In this document: positions 12,782-26,199 of the stretch, piece by piece | Position numbering within the stretch: position 1 is the first letter of the stretch | Layout: each line of letters starts with the position of its first letter | Assembly: GCF_964213995.1 (NCBI RefSeq) | Contig: NW_027590385.1 | Span: 124,001 to 188,000 of the forward strand | Length of the DNA stretch: 64,000 bases | Reading direction: 5' to 3' | Source: Mustelus asterias | Lineage: Eukaryota | Made by a program: the position numbers and the translations under genes | The notes under the pieces: generated by a model | What the model was told of the DNA's origin: nothing | The model's input: only the letters and a program-made list of their open reading frames with translations | Databases searched by the model: none

Positions 12782-15060
12782 GGGAGGCAGGGGGAAGGAA
12801 AGGCAGGAATAGACAAAAAGGCAGTGTGAGATAGAGAGGCAGGGAGAGAGGGAGAAAGAGTTAGTGGGAGAGAGAGTGAGGCAGGGAGAGGGAGAGAGAG
12901 GGTAGGGAGAGACCGAGTGAGGCAAGGACTGAGAGAGGAGGGGGGAGAGAGAGAGTGAAGCAGGGAGAGAGAGAGAAACAGGGAGAGGGAGAGAGAGAGA
13001 GAGAGAGAGAGGGAGGCAGGGAGAGAGAGAGAAGCAGGGAGAGAGAGGGAAGCAGGCAGAGAGAGAGCGAGGCAGGGAGAGAGAGACTGAGAGGCAGGGA
13101 GCGAGAGGAAGAGAGGCAGGGAGTGAGGGAGAGAGAGATGCAGGGAGAGAGAGGCAGGGAGAGAGAGTGGCTGGGAGAGAGAGAGAGAGGCAGGGAGAGA
13201 GAGGCAGAGAGAGAGGCAGGGGGAGGGAGAGGCAGTTGGGGAGACAGAGAGAAAAAGAGGCAGGGAGAGCGAGAGAGGCAGGGAAAGAGAGAGAGAGAGA
13301 GCGAGAGAGTGGGCCAGGAAAAGAGAGAGAGAGGCAGGGGGAGAGAGGGAGAGAGAGAGAGAGAGACAGGGAGCGGGAGAGAGAGGGAGGCGGGGGAAGG
13401 GGGAGAAAGGGAGAGGGAGAGAGAGGCAGGGAGTGGGAGAGAGAGAGAGACATGGAGCGAGAGAGGGGGCAGGGAGAGAGAGAGAGAGAGAGAGAGAGGC
13501 GGAGAGAGGCAGGGAGAAAGAAAGGCAGGGATAGAGAGAGAGGCAGGGATAGAGAGTGGCTGGGAGAGAGAGAGAGAGGCAGGGAGAGAGAGGCAGAGAG
13601 AGAGGCAATGGGAGGGAGAGGCAGTTGGGGAGACAGAGAGATAAAGAGGCAGGGAGAGCGAGAGAGGCAGGGAAAGAGAGAGAGAGAGAGCGATAGAGTG
13701 GGCCAGGAAGAGAGAGAGAGAGGCAGGGGGAGAGAGGGAGAGAGAGAGAGAGAGAGAGACAGGGAGCGGGAGAGAGAGGGAGGCGGGGGAAGGGGGAGAA
13801 AGGGAGAGGGAGAGAGAGGCAGGGAGTGGGAGAGAGAGAGAGACAGGGAGCGAGAGAGGGGGCAGGGAGAGAGAGAGAGAGAGAGGCGGAGAGAGGCAGG
13901 GAGAAAGAAAGGCAGGGATAGAGAGAGAGGCAGGGAGAGAGACAGAGGAAGAGAGATAGAGAGAGATGCAGGGAGAGAGAGAGAGAGAGAGAGGCAGGGA
14001 GAGAGTTAAAGCGAGATGCAGGAAGAGAGAGGGAGAGGCGGGGAGAGAGAGAGACAGAGAGAATGAGAGTCAGAGCGAGGGAGAGGGAGGCAGGGAGAAA
14101 GAGGCAGGGAGAGAGAGAGGGGGCAGGGAGAGAGCGAGAGTGCAGCGAGAGAGAGTGGGGGGCAGGCAGAGAAAGAGGGAGGGGGGAGGGAGAGAGGGAG
14201 GAGAGGGGGAGAGAGGTAGAGGGGAGGGAGGGAGGAGGGGGAAGGGAGAGAGAGAGTGAGAGAGAAAGAGAGAGAGAGATAGAGCCGGAGAGAGACAAGC
14301 AGGGGGAGAGAGAGAGAGAGGCTGGGAGACAGGGAGAGGCAGGGAGAAAGAGAGAGGCGCGGGGGGGGGGGGGGGGGGGAGAGAAAGCGAGAGAGACATG
14401 GAGAGAGAAAGAGAGAGAGAGAGAGGCAGGGGGATAGAGAAAAAGAGGCAGGAAGAGAAGGAGAGAGAGAACGAGGCAGGAACAGAGAGAAGCAGAGAGG
14501 GAGCGAAACGCAAGGAGAGAGAGAAGCTGGAGCAGGTAAAGAGACAAATCGAGGGGCAGGGATGGAGGGCGAGTCAGGGAGGGAGAGAGGGAGAGAGAGA
14601 GAGAGAGAGGGAGAGAGACAGGGAGTGAGTGAGATAGAGGGGCAGGGAGAGACAGAGAGAGGGGCACGGAGGGAGAGAGAGGGAGGCAGGGAGAGATAGA
14701 GCGAGTAGGGCAAGGAGAGGAAGAGAGAGAGATTCAGGGAGAGAGAGGGAGAGAGGCAGAGAGAGAGGGGCAGGGAGAGAGAGAAAGAAAGAGAGAGAGA
14801 GAGAGAGCTAGACAAAGAAAGAGAGATGCAGGGAGAGAGGGAGGTAGGGGGCAGGGAGAGAGAGACGTAAGGAGAGAGAGAGAGAGAGAGGCAGGAAAGG
14901 AGAGAGAGAGAAAGGCAGGGAGGGAGAAGGAGGGAGAGACAGAGAGACGGAGAGAGAGAGAGGCAGGGAGAGAAAGAGAGCGAGAAACGGAGAGGCAGGG
15001 AGAAAGAGAGAGAGGGGTACTGAGAGAGAGACAGAAAGCAGAGAGAACAGAAACAAAGAG
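575..15060 (+). repeat. Very long polypurine (GA)n/GAGGCAGGGAGAGAGA satellite-like array with higher-order repeats; six N-gaps
   Basis: Plus strand almost entirely A/G with the recurring gaggcagggagagag unit. Gaps start near 1893, 3437, 5392, 9624, 10207 and 12312. Confidence 0.97.
6433..6800 (+). mobile_element. 5'-truncated CR1-type LINE 3' end inserted in the purine array
   Basis: ORF 6445-6684 (YKIMKGIDRV...TRGHRFKV...FTQRVVGAWNAL) is the CR1 ORF2 C-terminus, followed by the gggccgaagggcctgttcctgtgctgtattgttct tail. Confidence 0.92.
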
Positions 15061-15735
15061 GCGGGATGGCAGGTAAATAGGGCGGTGAAAAGAGCATATG
15101 AAGCACTCGCCTTTTCGAATCGATGTTTCGGTTACAAAAACATGGAGGTCATGATGTAGTTGTATAGAACTTTGTTTGGCCACAGCTGGAGTGCAGTTCT
15201 GGTTGCCACATTATAGGAAGGACCTGAACGCCCTGGAAGGGGGTGCAGAGGAGATTTACCAGGATGATGCCTGGGATGGAACATTTAAGTTATGAAGAGA
15301 GTTTGGGTCGGCTTGGGTTGTTTTCGTTGGAGGAGAGCAGACTGAGGGGGCGACCTGATTGAGGTGTTCAAGATTATGAGGGACATGGACAGAGTGGATA
15401 GGGAGCATCTGTTCCCCTTCGTTGAAGGGTCAGTTACGAGGGGACACAAGTTAAAAGTGAGGGGTGGGAGGCTTAGGGGGGATTTGACGAAAAACCCTTT
15501 TACTCAGAGGGTGATGACGGTCTGGAATGCGCTGCCTGGGAGGGTGGTAGTAGTGGAATACGTCACATCCTTCAAAAAGTACCTGGATCAGTACTTGGCA
15601 CCCTAAACCATTCAAGGCTATGGGACAGGTGCTGCCAAGTGGGATTACGTGGGCAGGTAAGGGCATTTCATGCGTGGGTGCGGACTCGATGAGCTGAGGG
15701 GCCTTTTCTGCACTGTTGGATTCAGTGATTCTTTG
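15060..15735 (+). mobile_element. CR1-type LINE 3' fragment
   Basis: ORF 15364-15606 FKIMRDMDRVDREHLFP...TRGHKLKV...FTQRVMTVWNALP plus 3' tail. Confidence 0.9.
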
Positions 15736-15924
15736 AAAGAGAGACAGATACAGTGAGGGACAGAAACAGTGGAATACAAATAAAGTGACAGACACAGGGG
15801 CTGGGAAACAGTGGCTGGGAAAGAGGGCGGAGAATGAGTGAGACAGAAAAAATAAGGCAGCAAGAAGGAGCCAAAAGAAAGGATCAGAAACAGAGAGACA
15901 CTGAGTGACACAGAGACAGCACAT

Positions 15925-16200
15925 TCCAAACCCACAACCACTACCTTCCAGGACAAGAGCAGCAGATGCTGGGAAAACCACTTTGTGGAGGTTCCCCTCC
16001 AGGTCACTCACCAATCCGACTTGAAAATATATTGTTGTTCCTTCATTGTTGCTGGGATAAAATCAGGGAACTCCCGCCGTATGGTGTGTCGACACCTCAA
16101 GGACTGCCGCAGTTTAAGAAGGCAGCTCACCACCACCCTCTCAATGGCAGTAGGGATAAATGCTGGTGTAGCCAGCGATGCCACATCCGATAAACAAATA
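15925..16200 (+). mobile_element. Old LINE (CR1/L2-group) 3' fragment
   Basis: Matches the family seen at ~27600-27850 and ~43430-43700 (aagaaggcagctcaccaccac...). Confidence 0.65.
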
Positions 16201-17809
16201 AATAAAGAACTCTTCTCCCAGGCAAATGGATTCTTTCTGTATTTCTAAACAGCTGATTATGGTTTCCGGGGGCCACTGGTATCGCAGCAAGTCATCTCGA
16301 AGTTTGTACAAATTCAAAAACTTTTCTGCAGATATCAGGCATCACAATATGATGACAATTGGAACTAAAGACTTTAGCTTTCAAAGACTTGGCCTTCATC
16401 ATTCAGCAAATGCTTGAACACGGGAGATATGATTACCTCTGAAGTGATTGTTTCTGTCTCTGATTAAAAAACGGAACTGAAAACCAGCAAGCTTGGGTAT
16501 CATTGTTTCTGACATTGAAATTGATAAAATATATTGAAATGAGCTGCTATTTCAAAGCATTCAAGTACAAACAAAAACTAATGGAAAAAAAAAGATCAGG
16601 GTTCCCGGGTATCAAGAAGAGTTCTTTGAGGAGAAGTAAATTGAACAGGAACAAAACCAATGAGCTCAACAACAAATCTGGAATTGATTTGAAATTTTTG
16701 ACACTTTATAATGGGTTAAAGTGAAAAACAAGTAAAATATATTAATCTTTGGATTTAACTGGGAATGTTTGAATCTGTTTTACAGATATTATGAGAATAT
16801 TGAATTGGACAGTTGTTTCTCCGAGGCTGATCAGTGAGTTCAGATAGTAATTGTGATCTGTCTGTTTGAATGAGAAAAGGGGCTGAGGATGGTGGAACAT
16901 CACAGTGGCAAATGGGAATTGGAATAACTCACCCTGGGTGTTGTTTAATGTAACAGTTCAATCTGGTGTTGATGTAGATTCTAGTGAAAGAAAGTTGCAA
17001 ATTAGACTCATATATTGACGGCTTCTCTCAGATATATTTGTATCTTTGCCTTTCAACATTTATTTTTAAAGAAAACTGCATTTGTTAGTCCAGCTGCAAG
17101 CAAATTCATCAGGACAATGCATGTAAGATGTGGAGACTGACACCATTTGATTTTCTGACAGGATCACCTGAATGGCTAGGAATGGCTTGTATAGGATGGA
17201 GCATGTGACACGATGTTAGAATCCCAGTGTGAGTGTGCCGATATGATTTATTACTTGTAGAGTAACAAACATGCAGAAGTGCTTGGTGAACCGCTCCTGA
17301 AGGACAGGCCCCAGACTTGCTCAGCTACTGGACAACAGATTATGCAGCGGTTAATGGGGGCTAGAAAAGTATATCACTTTTTGCAAGTCAATTAGACATG
17401 CTCCATAAAAAAGTGGATTTGAAACTATTAAGATAGTGGTCCGACGGAGTGAAATGAAAGTAAAAGGGATTTGGATTGGGACAATTGAAGGAATTCTTAA
17501 TAAGAATTATACACAAGATGGATACAGGAGAAGGGAGAGCTGGAGAATATTTCAAGCCCATGCATGATCTGTTGTTTCCATTTAACATTTTTTAAAAATT
17601 CATTCCTGGGACCTGGGCGTCGCTGGCTGGCCAGCATCTATTGCCCATCACTCCTTGCCCTTGAGAAGGTGGTGGTGATCTGCCTTCTTGAATCGCTGCA
17701 GTCCATGTTTAGCAAACACTCACTACAAAAGGATAATGAATATCATTAAAAGGTGGGGAGCACAATCCACATCAATCACCTTTTCCAAATCTATTCCTGT
17801 ACCTCGTGG

Positions 17810-18075
17810 TGCACTAAGACAGGCGTTTGTCTGTTCCCATTGCTCGTTCTTTCAGGAATAGGTCGCTTGCCTGTTTCCAGGGCATTGTAACTTGAGAGAC
17901 ATCACTCCGCAACAACGGAACCATCACTTCTTTGGAGTCTGGGAGGAAACTCAGCACCGAAAGGAAACTCACACAGGCACAGGGAGAACATACAAACTCC
18001 AGGCAGACAGTCACCCAAGGCCGGAATTGAACTCGAGTCCCTGGCACAGTAAGGCAGCAGTGCTAACCACTGTGA
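17810..18075 (-). mobile_element. HE1-like tRNA-derived SINE (diverged)
   Basis: Reverse complement of cacagtggttagcactgctgcc...ttcaattccggccttgggtgactgtctg; shared with other copies in the window. Confidence 0.8.
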
Positions 18076-18123
18076 CACATTCGTTAATAGTTTCCCAGAG
18101 ATCAGAGTCCTCATTGATTTGAG

Positions 18124-19340
18124 GCCATAAGACCATAAGATATAGGAGCAGAATTAGGCCATTTGGCCCATCGAGTCTGCTCCACTATTCAATCATGATA
18201 TGATTCTCATCCCTATTCCCCTGCCTTGTCTCCGTAACCCAAGATTGCTTTCTTGATCGAGAACCTATCTAACTCTGCCTTAAAGACACTCAATGACTTA
18301 GCTTCCACAGCCCTCTGTGGCAATGAGTTCTACAGATTCACCACCCTCTGGCTGAAGAAATTCCTCCTCATCTCATAGAATCCCTGCAGTACAGAAGGAG
18401 GCTATTCAGCACATCGAATCTATACCGACCACAATCCCACCCAGGACGATTCCCGCCAACCTACACATTTACCCTACTAATCCCCCTGACACTGGGGTCA
18501 ATTTTAGCAAAGCCAATCAACTTAACCCGCACATCGATGGACTGTGGGGAGAAACCAGAGCACCCGGAGGCAACCCACGCAGACATGGGGAGTAAGTGCA
18601 AACTCCATACAGACAATGAGTGACTTGAGGCCAGAATTCAACCCAGATCCCTTGGTGCTGCGAGGCAGCAGTGTTAATCACTGTGCTGCCTCAGTTACAA
18701 AGGAGCGATCGTTCACTCTGAGGTTGTGCCCTCGAGTTCTAATCTCTCCCACTAGTGGAAACATCCTCTCCACATCCACTCTATCTGGCCTCTCAGTATT
18801 CTGTAAATTTCAATTAGATCCCCCCTCATCTTTCTGAACTCCATCGAGTATAGACCTAGACTCATCAACCACTCCTCATATGACAAACCCTTCCTTCCTG
18901 GGATCACTCTTGTGAACCTCCTCGGGACCACCTCCAAGGCCAACACATCCTTCCTTTGGTATGGAGTCCAAAACTGCTCACTATACTCCAAATGGGGTCT
19001 GAGCAGAGCTTTATACAGCCTCAGAAGTACATCCCTGCTCATGTAGTCTACCCCTCTAAAAATGAAAGTTGACATTGAATTTGCCTTCCTAATGTCCAAC
19101 TGAACCTGCACGTTAACGTTGAGAGTCCTGAACCAAAACTCCCAGGACCCTTTTTGCTTCAGATTTCCAAGACCTTTGCACATTTAGAAAATAGTCTACG
19201 CTTGCTTTCTTCCTACCATAGTGCATAACCTCACACTTTCCCACTTCGAATTCCATCTGCCACTTCTTTGACAACTGTCCTAACCTGTCCAGGTTCTTCT
19301 GCAGTCTCCCCACTTCCTCAACAGTACCTGTTCTTCTCCA
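18124..19340 (-). mobile_element. CR1-type LINE fragment with a nested HE1-like SINE (~18375-18690)
   Basis: ORF 18752-19183 (LRLYKALLRPHLEYSEQFW...RRFTRVIPG) and 19113-19313 (LQKNLDRL...WQMEF..KCEVMH). The SINE interrupts the tail, with ctca on both sides. Confidence 0.9.
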
Positions 19341-19399
19341 AACTGTAACCTCTTATTTATTGTTCCCCTCCCCCATCCTCTGAAGTGAACCATCCTCCA

Positions 19400-20040
19400 G
19401 TGGATGTGCCAGGATGGGGCCGTAAACTTGGGCCTGTCCCGGGAGGGAGAATGCCCGCAGCTGCAAAGGGAGTTGACAATGATCCTGAAGGTTTTGCAGA
19501 TCCGCAAAATGTTTCCAAATCCTCACATTTCTAGCCCCGCCCCCTCTTCCTATTGGTTCGGAGCTGCCGTCAATCAGTCCCTGTGCACTGTGACGTGGAA
19601 CAAATTCTTCTGAATCAATGTCAGCTCCCTGTATTGCAGGTGCGGGGCTTCTCCCTTCCTCCCTCCCTCCCGGGAACAGGCCCAGGTTAACGGCCCCATC
19701 CGGGTTTGCAGCTGGAGCATGTGCAATCCCTGGAGACAGACGGCAAGGAGCTTAAGCGAGAGGGTTTTAAATGGAGATTTTTACCAAGACCCAGTACGAG
19801 TGCAGAGCCCGAAGTAGAACCGGAAACAGATATTGAGCCGGTTGGTGGGTTCTGAGGCTTCATGAACAAGCGGTACATCGAGTACAAACAAAATCCTCGG
19901 GCCTTTAGGCCCGAGTTCACATCCGACATCTTGAAAGAAGGCAGTGAGTGCCAAGGCGCATGCGTGTGTGTCAATGTATGGGGTAGTAAGCTGCAGGGCG
20001 CATGCGTGTCCGCCATCTTGCAATTGGTCAAATCCGAATG
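19400..20040. promoter_or_regulatory. CpG-rich promoter region
   Basis: GC box gccccgccccc ~19534; inverted CCAAT ~19552; TGACGT ~19591; plus-strand donor cag|GTGCGG at ~19640; two NRF1 palindromes GCGCATGCG (19956, 19998); YY1 motif CGCCATCTTG (20011). Confidence 0.75.
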
Positions 20041-20682
20041 AATAATCCACAGAAGACAAAATATTGGAGATAGAATTTGTCGTGAAATCAATGCATTGTT
20101 GAAAGAGGACTCCAGGGTTACAGTCAGCAGCAACTTGTATTTATATAACACCTTTAACATCACCAGTCCCAGTGCATTTCACAGGAACATTATAAAACAA
20201 AGTGAGAAAGCCAGACGCATCAGGACTTTTTCAAACAAGTGATCTGAAGCTTGGGAAAGGTGGTTTATTTTAAGGAGTGTCTTAAATCGTAGGCAGATAG
20301 TACAAAACCTAAGTATTGCTGAAAAAAGAGGCATGGTGTTAAAGCTTTTCATATTGCTCTCATCAAGATTCCAAAGGGAACAACAATTTATACTGTGTAA
20401 GCAAAGGACAACCATTGGTTTGCCAGTCAGCTCTGATTGGTCTAGCCATTGCTATGTAGAACAAATGACGGAGCTGTCAACCGCCCCCCCCCCACCGCCC
20501 AACCCCCATCCACCGATGCTCCCCCAGGCTTTTCCTTTGACCTGCAGAGGACAGGTTCTTGTCCATGAATATATGTAGCCTGAGTGATATTTTGAAATAT
20601 GGAATTCTGGAATCTGTTCTGATGACTACAAGGACAGCATGCCCTTTTTAGAGCAATATATATTTATATATATATATATATT

Positions 20683-20998
20683 AAGTCCTGCAGTGCAGAA
20701 GGAGGCCATTCGCAACATCGAGTCTGCACCAACCACAATTCCACCCAGGCCCTATCCCCATAATTATGTATTTATCCCAGCTCGTCCTCTTGACACTAAG
20801 GGACAATTTTGCAGAGCCAATCCACCTAACCCGCAACTCTTTGGACTGTGGGAGGAGACCGAATCTCCTGGAGGAAACCCACGCAGACACGGGGGAGAAC
20901 GTACAAATTCCACACAGACAGCGACCCAAGCCGGGAATCAAATGCAGGCCCCTGGCGCTGTGAAGCAGCAGTGCTAACCACAGGTCCACCGTGTCACC
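20683..20998 (-). mobile_element. HE1-like SINE
   Basis: Near-full-length reverse copy (ggacc..tggttagcactgctgcttcacagcgccagggg...ccttctgcactgcagg). Confidence 0.9.
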
Positions 20999-21412
20999 GT
21001 TTAAAGCAGGAAAGGGAGGGAGACAGATGGAGAAATTCGGGAGAGAATTTCAGACCTTGGAGCCGGGGAAATTGACGGCCTGGTAACTAATGGTCGAGCG
21101 ATTAAAGTACAGAATGCTCAAGAAGCGAGTATTAGAGCAGTGCAGATACATCAGAGGATTATGAAGCAAAAGGTAATCTGAGAGATAGGGAGGAACGAGG
21201 CCTTGAAGTGATTTATACAATTTGGTCAAAAGGATACTGAAAAAATAAGCAGCACATTATTTGAATTTCAGCCCAGAGGGAAGGGAGATCATGTGGGGCA
21301 GAGATTTACAGATTTGGGGGAACAAGAGAAGAAAACATGTTCCGGATATTAGAATTGTCTGTTTTGAATTTCTGTCCTGAACTGACAGTAATTTTGTTAA
21401 CTTCTTTTGCAG

Positions 21413-22380
<968 letters not shown>

Positions 22381-22589
22381 TGCTGTAGGTGCTGCTGTTA
22401 ATCGCAGCTAGGAGTGAGCCACATTCATTCTGACATTTGGGGTCTGTTTCTGCTGATGTTAACAACCCCTGTAACTGGGCTGGAGTTTAATATTCTGAAT
22501 CGTCAGCTGATTGTGTTCTCGGGGTTGCAGTGTCCATTTATGAGCCGTTGTCTGTAATTTTTCTCCATCATTCTGGAACTCTCATCACA

Positions 22590-22950
22590 GAATCTTTACA
22601 GTGCAGAACAAAGCCATTCAGGCCATCGAGTCGGCACGGGGTCTCTGGAAGAGCCTTACCCCAGTAACTTTGCATATTCTTTTCAAATAACAATCCAATT
22701 GACTTTTGAGTACCTTCATCGAAGCCGCCTCCACCGCCATCTCAGAAGTTTATTCCAGACACCAACCACATTCAACCTGAAAAGATTTTTCCTCATATCA
22801 CTTCTACTCTGTTTTCCCCATTGATGTAAATCTACGCCGTCTAGCTCTTGATGTTCTCCTGGTGGGAACATTTTCTCATTATTTCACCTGCCCATACCCC
22901 TCAGAGTCTCGAATACCTCTATCAATCTCCTCTCAATCATCTTCACTCAA
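22590..22950 (-). mobile_element. Diverged CR1-type LINE tail
   Basis: acagtgcagaacaaagccattcaggccatcgagtc...acctctatcaatctcctctcaatc. Confidence 0.7.
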
Positions 22951-23581
22951 CAATTAACGTTTATTTCTTCTGATGTAAATAATCTATGTTACTGGGCGGG
23001 AGTTTAATATCTTGATGTCTGTTAAATGAATTTGTTTCAAATACACGGTATTTCAAGTCCGTGATTCCTTCAGGAGAAGTGGAGATTAATTGATGTCCTG
23101 TTACCAACTGTTGTAATATTGGATCTTTTCTTCTTTCTAACTCAAATGATTTCAGTCTCAGGCCTTCATTTCCTCGCATGGACAAGTCTCAGTTCCCCAT
23201 ACCTTCCAGAAGGTCTCTCCCAGCTTTAAGATACAGGGAGGTTTCAGTATTAAAACCAGAAAATGATGAAAATAATAATCCACACTTTTCCAAGTACCAG
23301 TTGATTGCATCCCAGATTATTGGTTTCATTTTTCCCCACAGCTGATGTTAAGCTGATTGTTCTGCAATTGTTGTGTTTTTGAACAGGGATGTAATATTTA
23401 CAATCTCTCTGTCCTTTGGCGCCACTGCTCTATAAGGAGGATTGGAAGGGTGTGGTCAGAGCCTCCACAAATTCCATGTGAAGGACACTGTGTGACAGAT
23501 TGCAGCAATCCCTCAATGTCAGACTGGAGTGTCAGCGAAGATAGTGTGCTTATTTTGACGAATATTTCTCGTTGTTATTAA

Positions 23582-25062
23582 AGAAAGAAAATTATGGCAC
23601 AGGAACGGGCCCTTCAGCCCTCTAAGCCTGCACTGACCACACTGCCCAACTGAACTAAAACCCTTAACCCTTCCTGGGACCATATCCCTCTATTCCCATC
23701 CTATTCGTGTATTTGTCATTACACACCTGAAATGTCACTATCGTATCTGCTACTACTACCTTCCCCAACAGCGAGTTCCAGGCACCCACCACCCTTTCGT
23801 AAAAAAAAAACTTGCCTCGTACATCTCTTCTCAACTTTGCTCCCCACGCGTTAAACCTGTGCCCCCTAATAATTGACTCTTCCACCCTGGGAAAAAGCTT
23901 CTGACTATCCACTCTGTCCATGCCTCTCTTAATCTTGTAGACGACTATCAGGTTGCCCCTCAGCCTCCGTCGTTCCTTTGAGAACAAACAAAGTTTCCCC
24001 AACCTCTCCTCATAGCTAATGCCCTACATCCCAGGCAACATCCTGGTAAATCTTTTCTGTACCCTCTCCAAAGCCTCCACATCCTTCTGGTCGTGCGGCG
24101 ATCAAAATTGAACACTATATTCCAAGTGCAGCCGGACAAAGTTGCTATAAAATTGCAACATGACTTGCCAATTTTTAAACTCAATGCCCCGGTCAATGAA
24201 GGCAAGCATACCGTATTCCTTTCATGACTACCTTCTCCACCTGCGTTGCCACTTTCAGTGACTTGTGTACCTGTACACCCAGATCCCTCTGCCTATCAAT
24301 AGCTTAAAGGTTCTGCAATTTACTGTATATTTCCCCATCTGTATTAGACCTTCCAAAATGCATTACCTCATTCTTGTCCGGAATAAACTCCATCTGCCAT
24401 CTCTCCACCCAAGTCTTCAACCAATCTATATCCTGCGGTATCCTCTGACGGTCCTCATTACTTCACTTTTAAACCCGCCAATACATCCAATGACTCGTCA
24501 CTCCCTATGGTAATATTCTCGAGAGCCTCACAGTCCCTCTCCACGTGTTCCATAGCTACCTCCTCCTCATGGGTGAAGACAGATGTGAAATATTCATGTA
24601 CACCCTACCAATGTCCTCTGCCTCTCCCCACAGATTTCCCCCTTGTTCCATAATGGGCCCTATTCTTTCCCTGGTTATCCTCTTCCCATTGATATACTTT
24701 TAGAACATCTTAGGATTCTCCCGTCATTTAACACCAGAGCTTTCTCATATCCCCTCTTTGCTCTCCTAATTGATTTCGTAAGTTCCACCCTGCACTTTTG
24801 TGCTCCATGAATGCCTCCACGGACTTACTCTCCTTATGCTTGTTAAAAACATCTCTTTTCCTTCTCATTGTACCCTTAATTTCTCTGATCATCCATGGTT
24901 CTCTGCGTTTGTTATAGCTTCCTATTACCCTCGAGGGAACATGTTGGGTCTGTGACCTCCCCATTTCTTCTCTGAATACCCCCCACTGCTCTTCGGTAGA
25001 TTTCCCCACAAATAACTCGTTCCAGTCTTCCCTGGCCATATCCCTCCTAATTTTGTGAAACA
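23582..25062 (-). mobile_element. CR1-type LINE fragments (ORF2 C-terminus plus an upstream linker segment)
   Basis: ORF 23664-24002 (ERRRLRGNLIVVYKI...RVVGAWNSL) and ORF 24728-25063 (DWNELFVGKSTEEQWGVF...EPWMIREIK). Confidence 0.9.
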
Positions 25063-25066
25063 TTTC

Positions 25067-25410
25067 ATAGAATCATAGAATCATAGAAACCCTACAGTGC
25101 AGAAGGAGGCCATTCGGCCCATCGAGTCTGCACCGACCACAATCCCACCCAGGCCCTACCACCACATATTTACCGCTAATCCCTCGAACCTACGCATCTC
25201 AGGACTCTAAGGGGCAATTTTTAACCTGGCCAATCAACCTAACCCGCACATCTTTGGACTGTGGGAGGAAACCGGAGCACCCGGAGGAAACTCACGCAGA
25301 CACGAGGAGAATGTGCAAACTCCACACAGACAGTGACCTAAGCCGGGAATCGAACCCAATTCACTGGAGCTGTGAAGCAGCAGTGCGAACCACTGTGCTA
25401 CCGTGCCACC
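25067..25410 (-). mobile_element. Full-length young HE1-like SINE
   Basis: tRNA-like head gtggcacggtagcacagtgg and an (ATTCTATG)n tail; nearly identical to the copies at 40043 and 61975. Confidence 0.93.
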
Positions 25411-26199
25411 CCTTGACTAAATGGCTAAATTCCATTTTGTCTTTTCATATTAACGCTACTCTGTCCCACACAGTATTTGGCAGCAATCCAGCTTGCTACC
25501 AAACGCCTAAAGTTATATACAGGAAGCATCTGGTCGTGTTAGTTCAGCAAATCAAAGGGCTGTTTCCTCAGTACTGACCGCTTGGCTGCAAGCCAAATTC
25601 AAGCACGCAACATTGTCAATGAGGCCTATTTATAAACAAACCTGCCCAGCAACAGTACTGGAAGAAATTTATCTTTTAAAGTTGTAAACCTATGTGAAAT
25701 ATTGCCATCTCTCAGAAAATGAAAATTCTCCAGCTTCCCTGTTTGCAAAAATGATGATTTTTCCAGCAAATCAGGATATTGTAATGGATGGATAGAAAAA
25801 AAATATAGACAGACTGTGAGAGATGATTCAGAGAGAGGATATATGTTGTAATACATAAACATGTAAATTTGTGTTTACTTTCCCTTTTCCTTCCAGGGAG
25901 ATGGAAATTGGTGGAAAGTCCAGCATTTTTTGCCTGTCCTCAGTTCCTTTGGACTGAGTGGTTCAGAGAAGACATTGAAGGGTCAGCCATACTGCCGACC
26001 GCCTGGAATCACATCCAGGTGAAACCACGTAAGGATTGCAGATTTCCTTCAGTGGGGAATCAGGGAGGTTTCCTTGGTCGTCTTTACTTTGCATTCCAGA
26101 TTTATTAATAGAATTGAAATTCCACCAGTTACAATGGTTGGATTTAAACTCATCCTGGGCCTCTGCCTCTGCAGGATCTGCCTCTCCAGACCTGCTAAA

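Noticed and set aside
306-15183. Long ORFs up to 1174 aa (SLSLP- and RERE-rich)
   Set aside because: Translations of a stop-poor low-complexity array that read through N gaps.
19687-20163. 158-aa ORF across the CpG island
   Set aside because: No recognisable domain; the MAD start is the YY1 motif.
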